Positions 23,987 to 36,543 of a stretch of 36,543 bases of DNA are shown here, in pieces. Below the pieces are notes generated by a model that was not told the origin of the DNA, did not search any database, and saw only the letters and a program-made list of their open reading frames with translations. This stretch comes from Trichinella spiralis (taxonomy: Eukaryota). The stretch is from assembly GCF_000181795.1 (NCBI RefSeq), contig NW_003526944.1, forward strand, positions 248,001-284,543, written 5' to 3'. Numbering within the stretch: position 1 is the stretch's first letter; each line of letters opens with the position of its first letter. Position numbers and translations under genes: made by a program.

Positions 23987-25796
23987 ATCTGGTGAATTAA
24001 CTTTTTGTTTACTTTATATATATATATATATGAAATAAAATATTTTTTTCATTTTCGAATTTTCAGTTTATTAATTTTAATTCAAATTAAATCAATTGCT
24101 GAAAATGAAATTGTCTGTGTAGGGTTTCTTTGTGTAGTGGGTTGGAATTAGTTTTATCCGCAAATTAATATTTGTGCTTTGTATTCATGTTTCAATTGAT
24201 CTTTTCAGCAAATGAAAATTTTCTTCGTCAAAGCCATCCGTCCATTTATTGCTTTGTTAATAATTTACTTTATTACATTGTTTTCAGTGGAGAAATATGC
24301 AGTGGAAGTTTCATTTTACTTTAAATTCATTCAGTCATTAAACTTCATCAACGACAAGTTCAATTATTCATTTCTTGCAATAAATTTAGCAACTGAATAA
24401 ATTGAATAAGAAGAGAAATAAAATATTGTTATCCCTTTTTTTGCAGGAATTGTGCAATCCTAACGACTGTTTAACGGTGACTCATAGCAATGGCCAGCAT
24501 TCGGCTTGTCCTGCTGGTCAGCTATGCAAAGCGATCTATCCGTCTCCATCGTCTTGTTTGAAAGCACCGTGTAGCTTATTGCCGTTTGGTCAGTGCTGGC
24601 CAGTTGAACTGATTGAGCGCCAACAGTCGATTGAGGACCGGCGTAAATTATGCGATTTTGACCATCGTGGACTGAAAACTTCTCAACAGTTTTGCTCAAG
24701 AATATTCCTGCGTCTCAACATCTCCACGTTGGACAAAGTGATTAAAAATTAATTCAGTTTTTTACCATTCGCTTGACGGTGATACAATTTGTTCTATATT
24801 TTTGCAGAATACCTACGTCGAACAACTGTGCAGCACGTTTTGGTTACAATTATCCAAGTTGGGCTTTGCACGTTTTCACACCCAATGCAAAGTATACAAC
24901 ACGCAATCGTTTCCTGTGGTCAGTGTTGATTTGGTACGTGGCTTTGTGTTTTTTTATTCTGTTCATATATACATACTTTTCATTTTCGTTTCATTCATTC
25001 ATTCATTCATTATTTAAAAATTATATATTTTTACAGGTGTCACTAACTGCCACACCAGCATTTGAATTGAAGAGTCATCTGTTGCTGTTGATTGGCAAAC
25101 GGCCGTTGCTTTTCACGGCAATGAATCACACCGACGGTGAAATGGAAGTTGACGAACACAACGACATCAACAACAAGGAGAATAATCATAATTATAAAAG
25201 AGCACCTCAGCAAACAACACCATTTCTTGGTTCCAAGCAGGCAGTGACAGATAAGCAAGGTAACGAAATGTACATAATAAAGTAGAATTTTTCTTTAAAA
25301 AATTACTTTAGACGTGTACAGTGAAGCAGTGCATAATTTTTTGTCTGTTGTACTGCCGGCTGCAACTGTACTTTTGTTCGTTTTTCTGTTGATCAGTTGG
25401 ACAGTGTGGCGCAAGTTGAAAAAACTGAATCAGTTGCACAAGAGGAGCAGTGGGCCGGCCAATACGACCAAGTGCACCATTGTAGGATCGATGCCAATAA
25501 CAAAATCGGCTGGATCGCAGTTGGATGTACTTTACAACGAACTTAGGCCACAACCGTCGTGGACTCGGCAGAAACGTCCGTTCGATAACAATAGCAGACA
25601 CTGTTGGACAATGGCATCCAGGTCATCAAGTCCTCGGATTGGTCGGCTCTATTCGAAAGGATTCACCACAGGCGTCTATTCGGATCCGGTAGTGCAAGAA
25701 GAATTGGAATCACCGCCTCATTACGATGAAGTGGTCGGTAATGGGAAAGATGGTCGCCGAACCAGACCAATATTTCAATTCGATGTTGGAATTTGA
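20339..25796 (+). CDS. Ser: Serrate/Jagged-type DSL Notch ligand, ~752 aa, 11 exons
   Basis: Exons 20339-20395 (signal peptide MLSSVRQISLIALLLLACS), 20466-20789 and 22825-22873 (MNNL/C2: GRIEMALDAVYNPKGQLSNGAHC...KWPGSLTIVVKLIH), 22955-23221 (DSL: YRIRVVCADHHYGPDCAKRC...CMPGWLPPKC), 23333-23518 (EGF1-2), 23594-23713 (EGF3), 23767-23897 and 24447-24737 (VWC/Cys-rich), 24808-24933, 25037-25259 and 25312-25796 (TM VVLPAATVLLFVFLLISWTVW, then RKLKK and tail). All are GT-AG and phase-consistent (2259 nt). The VWC domain marks the Serrate/Jagged class rather than Delta. Confidence 0.9.
20981..21360. promoter_or_regulatory. Candidate intronic bHLH enhancer (E-box cluster) in intron 2 of the Notch ligand gene
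   Basis: GC-richer island with CAGCTG at 20981, 21167 and 21355, CAGATG at 21211, CATCTG at 21267 and 21321, plus CACATGTG at 21107. Confidence 0.5.
23937..23986. repeat. Compound (TA)n(TG)n microsatellite
   Basis: A TA run followed directly by a TG run, in the ligand intron that splits the VWC domain. Confidence 0.9.
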
Positions 25797-27300
25797 ATCG
25801 GATATTGAGACGGAAAGCCAAAAAATGTACGAAGCAGCAAATAAAAATGGTTCGTAGACGGTTGTTGGTCTGTAACAAAGCGAAAAAGATAAAAGCCCTC
25901 TCTATTCTCGGTGAAAATATTCCTCTCGGCTATTTCATGCAGTGCTTGTACAGATTCCTTTTCTCACTTGCTTTCCAAACTGCTCCGTTTGCACTGTGTT
26001 ATAAATTTATTTGTGTTTTTGCTTTCTCGGTTTATCGTATGCAGTAGATTCGTTTTTTACAAAAAAAACCATCGCCTTGAAAATTGTCTGCATTGTTGTT
26101 GTTAGCTCAGGCTTTTATTTATTTCATTTGGTACAAAAAAGAAAAAGATTTCATTCAGTTCAATAATCTCTTTGCTAATAACAACAATATAATTCCATCT
26201 ATGAAAACAGTTAATAATCAATCAAATGAAGTTAAACAGCAATGTAAAATTTCAAGCATTACATTGTATTTTGACTTTCTTCGTTTGCAACGCTTGTTCA
26301 CAATGAACGTAAACAAAATGCCATGAAATTATTAAGTAAATAATTGACATGCTCAGTTGAACAAACGTGAAATCGTAATAATTCAAGATTAACTGATTTC
26401 CTATCTGCATGCAAATTGCTTTTCTTTAAATAAAATGTTTAATTAATAATTCATTGGATAACTTTTTTTATTGTATGCGTTTAGGTAAAATTCATTTCGG
26501 TAAAAAAGTTTTCAAAACAAATTCAAATCATTTGAAGAATAAAATCACAAAACAATCTGCATTCGTCACTAAGCAAAATGGCAAAAACATCATTGTCAGT
26601 CAACAAAAAATGCAAAATAACGAAACAAAAATGCTCTAGTCAGAAATAGTTACAGTAAAACAAAAATCAAGTATGTTAAATTTTCAGCTGATTTGGAAAA
26701 TTTTTGCCTTTTTTGTTTGTTAAGTTTTGCAATATGAAAGTAACATTTTTAAAACATCTTTGCATATCGTGTTTAACGAATTCCAACTTTGATTATAGTT
26801 AGCACCGATCAGTATAAATAATTCTTGCGCGTTATGTGCCGTTTGTCATGAACGAAGTTTATAAATCAGATAACAATAAAAAAATGCAACCTACAAAGAA
26901 CAAAACTTAGCATGGTATTTTTATTCTTGTTAAAAACTGAACCAGTTTAATTGAACCAAGCATGTAAAATTATGTGAAAAATTATTATATTGAAAATTTT
27001 GAATCATAATAGAATGTTAAATTGCATATTTGTACTAATTTGAAATCAGGTTGACCACTTTTGTCGGACAATTTTAAATTGTACCTTGGGTTGTCGAAAA
27101 TCAGGATCAGCTTACTGTATTTTTGCTCTCCTTTGCAAGCCAAAAACAATTGCTTCCAGTGGTTTGCTAGTTGTGAACGTTATGCATTAATTTGATCATC
27201 TGTTTTGGAAGCGTTTTTAATTTTATAAATTAATTTTTTGTCGAAGTGCTCGTTGCTTTTCACCGACGGTCGAGCGCTTCTACTTTTCTCTACTGCTACA

Positions 27301-32526
<5,226 letters not shown>

Positions 32527-33660
32527 ATTCGTTATTGGGCCATTTATGAACAAATGGAACAACATACGCATAAATGCTAAAAGTCGTGCACATGCGCATA
32601 CACACAATAGCGAACACGTACATGCTGCATACGCAACCACACCCACTTACCACTAGCACACGCACAAACACAAATACACACACACGCACGTATATATGCA
32701 TATGTGTTCAAGTGTATTTAACATGTTTGTGAAAATGTGTTTGCTGATTATCATCGAAATGTTGGACATTGTTTCTGTAAATTGTCGCATTTGATGCAGG
32801 CTAAATTTGCTCAAAGTGTCGTTTTCTGCGCATGTTATTATCATCATTATTTTATTTTATTGAAACTGTTTGCCCAATCTCTTCTAATTAATTAATCATT
32901 TGCTTTTGTGAAAAATGTTTTCCTCACTTTCACTGCTGTCCGCGTTGTTCTCTTTTGCTTTTTCGTAAAGTAGTGGAGCTTTTTGTTTTTGTAACTTTTG
33001 CAACCAACCAGTCAATCAGTTAGTCAAAGAGAACGAATTATTTGAAAGCAATGTACGAAATCTATGTTCGTACGTACGAATGTACGAATTCATCTAAGTC
33101 AAGTGTATGTATGGATTATATATCCGCTGTGATGAAAGGAGATGGTTTGGCAGCATACAAGTCTTGCTAGCAAATTTTTGCTATTAGTTCACTTCTGTTC
33201 TGTTTTTGCTTTTCCAACAATTGTATATATATATAACTTGTTTATAGATTATTGCACATGTACAGTGCATACAATGGAATTATCATTTCAGTTGGAAAAT
33301 AACTGTATCATTTTGTCTGTTTAATAATACTTTGTTAACTTTTGAACGATTTTCATTTTTGTGAAAAACTTTGTTTATACTCAGTCGCCGCCACTCGTAT
33401 TTTTTCTTACTTTTGTGTCACAGTTGTCCAGCTGAAGAAGCACTTTCATTCTGTAATTTTTTTAAATAACGCTGCCGCTTACCGATAGCAGACAATTCAG
33501 ATGTCTAAATTGCTATGTAAAACAGGCATTTGCCCATTTAGTTAGTAGTTATGATATAACAGAGATTGCTGTAAGAAGCTGTTTTGATTTTCATTGTCAA
33601 CATGAGTAAAAAAACTTTGGACTCGAATCTAAAGAATTTGCATTTTTTGACTTCTGACTT

Positions 33661-33852
33661 CGGCGACATTTCTTGAGGCTATACGCTGAAGTTTCTGCAT
33701 AAATATTAATAAAATGGAATTCTCTTCTTGATTATCAACATCGCAGGTTTTATTTCCTTTCCTATCGCTCCGATTAAAATCGCAACCCTATGAAACATTT
33801 AGTCAATTTCTCATCAAATACGCTTTTGTACATCGTCGGACAAAGTTTGTAG
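33661..33852 (+). repeat. Repeat segment A, copy 1 (192 nt)
   Basis: Colinear with 35721-35912 (CGGC(G/A)ACATTTCTTGAGGCTATACGCTGAAG...CATCGTCGGACAAAGTTTGTAG), with only a few substitutions. Confidence 0.95.
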
Positions 33853-33930
33853 GGTCAATGTTGATCGTGTGATCGAATGCAATCATATTCAGTCAAATTT
33901 CAAATGGCAAAGGTTCAAACAACCAAGCAG

Positions 33931-34858
33931 NNNNNNNNNNNNNNNNNNNNNNNNNNNNNNNNNNNNNNNNNNNNNNNNNNNNNNNNNNNNNNNNNNNNNN
34001 NNNNNNNNNNNNNNNNNNNNNNNNNNNNNNNNNNNNNNNNNNNNNNNNNNNNNNNNNNNNNNNNNNNNNNNNNNNNNNNNNNNNNNNNNNNNNNNNNNNN
34101 NNNNNNNNNNNNNNNNNNNNNNNNNNNNNNNNNNNNNNNNNNNNNNNNNNNNNNNNNNNNNNNNNNNNNNNNNNNNNNNNNNNNNNNNNNNNNNNNNNNN
34201 NNNNNNNNNNNNNNNNNNNNNNNNNNNNNNNNNNNNNNNNNNNNNNNNNNNNNNNNNNNNNNNNNNNNNNNNNNNNNNNNNNNNNNNNNNNNNNNNNNNN
34301 NNNNNNNNNNNNNNNNNNNNNNNNNNNNNNNNNNNNNNNNNNNNNNNNNNNNNNNNNNNNNNNNNNNNNNNNNNNNNNNNNNNNNNNNNNNNNNNNNNNN
34401 NNNNNNNNNNNNNNNNNNNNNNNNNNNNNNNNNNNNNNNNNNNNNNNNNNNNNNNNNNNNNNNNNNNNNNNNNNNNNNNNNNNNNNNNNNNNNNNNNNNN
34501 NNNNNNNNNNNNNNNNNNNNNNNNNNNNNNNNNNNNNNNNNNNNNNNNNNNNNNNNNNNNNNNNNNNNNNNNNNNNNNNNNNNNNNNNNNNNNNNNNNNN
34601 NNNNNNNNNNNNNNNNNNNNNNNNNNNNNNNNNNNNNNNNNNNNNNNNNNNNNNNNNNNNNNNNNNNNNNNNNNNNNNNNNNNNNNNNNNNNNNNNNNNN
34701 NNNNNNNNNNNNNNNNNNNNNNNNNNNNNNNNNNNNNNNNNNNNNNNNNNNNNNNNNNNNNNNNNNNNNNNNNNNNNNNNNNNNNNNNNNNNNNNNNNNN
34801 NNNNNNNNNNNNNNNNNNNNNNNNNNNNNNNNNNNNNNNNNNNNNNNNNNNNNNNNNN
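33931..34858. other. Assembly gap (N run)
   Basis: 928 consecutive N. The long ORFs spanning it are artefacts. Confidence 1.
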
Positions 34859-35112
34859 GCCAAGTCTTGTGCAATATGTCGTTGTTTTGGGCATGTCGAT
34901 TTTCCTTCATGTTCGGCCGGTTTCGAATAAATTGAAAAAAGGTGTTTCAATTCGGGTTGAGAGGTGTATAAAATCTTCAATTTGTTAGATTTCCACTGAA
35001 TTATCTCATTTAATCGACCAGTAGAAAGGAATTCTTCAAGCTGTTCCTAACAATATTTATTAACACCTGAGTGTCTTATCGTATGCTGACTGCACGCTTG
35101 ATAATTTCGAAA
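34859..35112 (+). repeat. Repeat segment B, copy 1
   Basis: GCCAAGTCTTGTG...CACGCTTGATAATTTCGAAA, repeated at 36278-36543. Confidence 0.95.
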
Positions 35113-35720
35113 AACAATCATATTGTTGAATTCTGTGCCGTTCATTATCTCAATTATTCATTGGGCATCTCATTGATACCAAGCATGTCGCTGTTTGATT
35201 GCATTTTCGCCCAGTACATCATAATGAAAATATGCTTATGCAAATTCAGTTTAAATGTTATATTTTGTCAAAATAATTAATTTCAAAGGGTGAAAATAAA
35301 ATAAATTAACAATTTATGAAAAACTAACGCTCCGATGATTAGTATTTATTCTAATTTTTCGACCTATATCTATATAGGCTGAGCACAACAAGAGGGGTGC
35401 CTCTGGAGAAGTGCAATGTATTAATGAATTCTTTTTCCACATATGGAAACAATATTGTACAATTATTAATTACAGATACTAAGTTTTATTTTCAATTGTT
35501 TATTTAACAAGATATTTGACAGAATTGCTTCGTTGTAGACGTATCATATATTGAGAGAAATAATGCAATATTAGATGAAAAGTGTAATTCATTCTGTTCA
35601 TTTCAAAAAATTATTATTTCATTATCGTTTGCAATCAATAAAATTGCGTAAATAAAATTTTTTTAATTTCTAGACTTCTGTATTACAAAAATGAATCTCA
35701 GGTACAAATGTTATTGGAAT

Positions 35721-35912
35721 CGGCAACATTTCTTGAGGCTATACGCTGAAGCTTTTGCATAAATATTAATAAAATGGAATTCTATTCTTGATTATCAACA
35801 TCGCAGGTTTTATTTCCTTTCCTATCGCTCCGATTAAAATCGCAACTATACGAAACATTTTGTCAATATCTCATCAAATACGCTTTTGTACATCGTCGGA
35901 CAAAGTTTGTAG
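35721..35912 (+). repeat. Repeat segment A, copy 2
   Basis: Near-identical to 33661-33852. Confidence 0.95.
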
Positions 35913-36277
35913 TGATTATCTTATTTTTTCTGATCGATTGAAATCACTTTTGCAACAATTTCAAATTTTCATCTTTTCAAAAAAGCAAGGCTATAGCCTT
36001 TGCTGTTTTTGCGATTTTCGAAAAGAGGCTTTTTTCACAAATTTCGCTCCTTTTGTTATATATTGCTAAACTATGAAAAATTAATAGGTTCTGGAAAGTT
36101 CCACGGCAAACAAAGGCGTACGTGTCGAATAAATGGCCTCTAAAGTTGCCATGTGCCTATCTTAATACACAGGGAAGCAGTCCATCTGAAAACTCCGTTT
36201 GAAACGGATCGAAGACAGTTTGAAATTTTGGTATAGGAATCTTTTTCGGCATTATAATGAGGGTATTCGTTGAAACC

Positions 36278-36543
36278 GCCAAGTCTTGTGAATATTTTCG
36301 TTGTTTTGGGCAAGTCGATTTTCCTTCATTTTCGGCCCGTTTCGAATAAATTGAAAAAAAGTTGTTTCAATACGGGTTGGGGATGTGGTATAAAATCTTC
36401 CATTTGTGTTAGGATTTCCCACTGAATTATCTCATTTAATCGACCAGTAGAAAGGAATCCTTTCAAGCTGTTCCTAACAAATATTTATAACACACCTGAG
36501 TGTCCTTATCGTATGCTGACTGCACGCCTTGATAATTTCGAAA
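36278..36543 (+). repeat. Repeat segment B, copy 2 (runs to window end)
   Basis: Matches 34859-35112, with several substitutions and many single-base insertions. Confidence 0.9.

Noticed and set aside
32560..32710. Alternating purine-pyrimidine (CA/CG/TA) tract in the B56 3' UTR region
   Set aside because: A degenerate microsatellite; no specific function can be inferred.
33869..34980. Five long ORFs of 331-363 aa
   Set aside because: They consist of X residues spanning the N gap and are artefacts.

Overview
AT-rich eukaryotic genomic DNA with short GT-AG introns and nematode-like (T)TTCAG acceptors. A clade I nematode such as Trichinella is my guess, inferred and not proven. Four intron-containing genes, all on the + strand, were reconstructed by hand: (1) the 3' end of an NHERF/EBP50 (nrfl-1-like) scaffold gene, ending at 1046; (2) a complete 10-exon PCTAIRE kinase (CDK16/17/18, pct-1), 2275-13079; (3) a complete 11-exon Serrate/Jagged-type Notch ligand, 20339-25796, with signal peptide, MNNL/C2, DSL, DOS-type EGF1-2, only one further EGF, VWC, cysteine-rich region, TM and tail; (4) a complete 14-exon PP2A B56 delta/gamma regulatory subunit, 27301-32526. 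The end of the window is a repeated unit flanking an assembly gap. The most notable points are the miniature but DOS-containing Jagged with an altered DSL loop, a dense E-box cluster in its second intron, an apparent GT-GG intron and a 10-nt microexon in the B56 gene, and a hidden in-frame alternative exon in the kinase. I found no prokaryote-type systems, RNA genes or CRISPR arrays.
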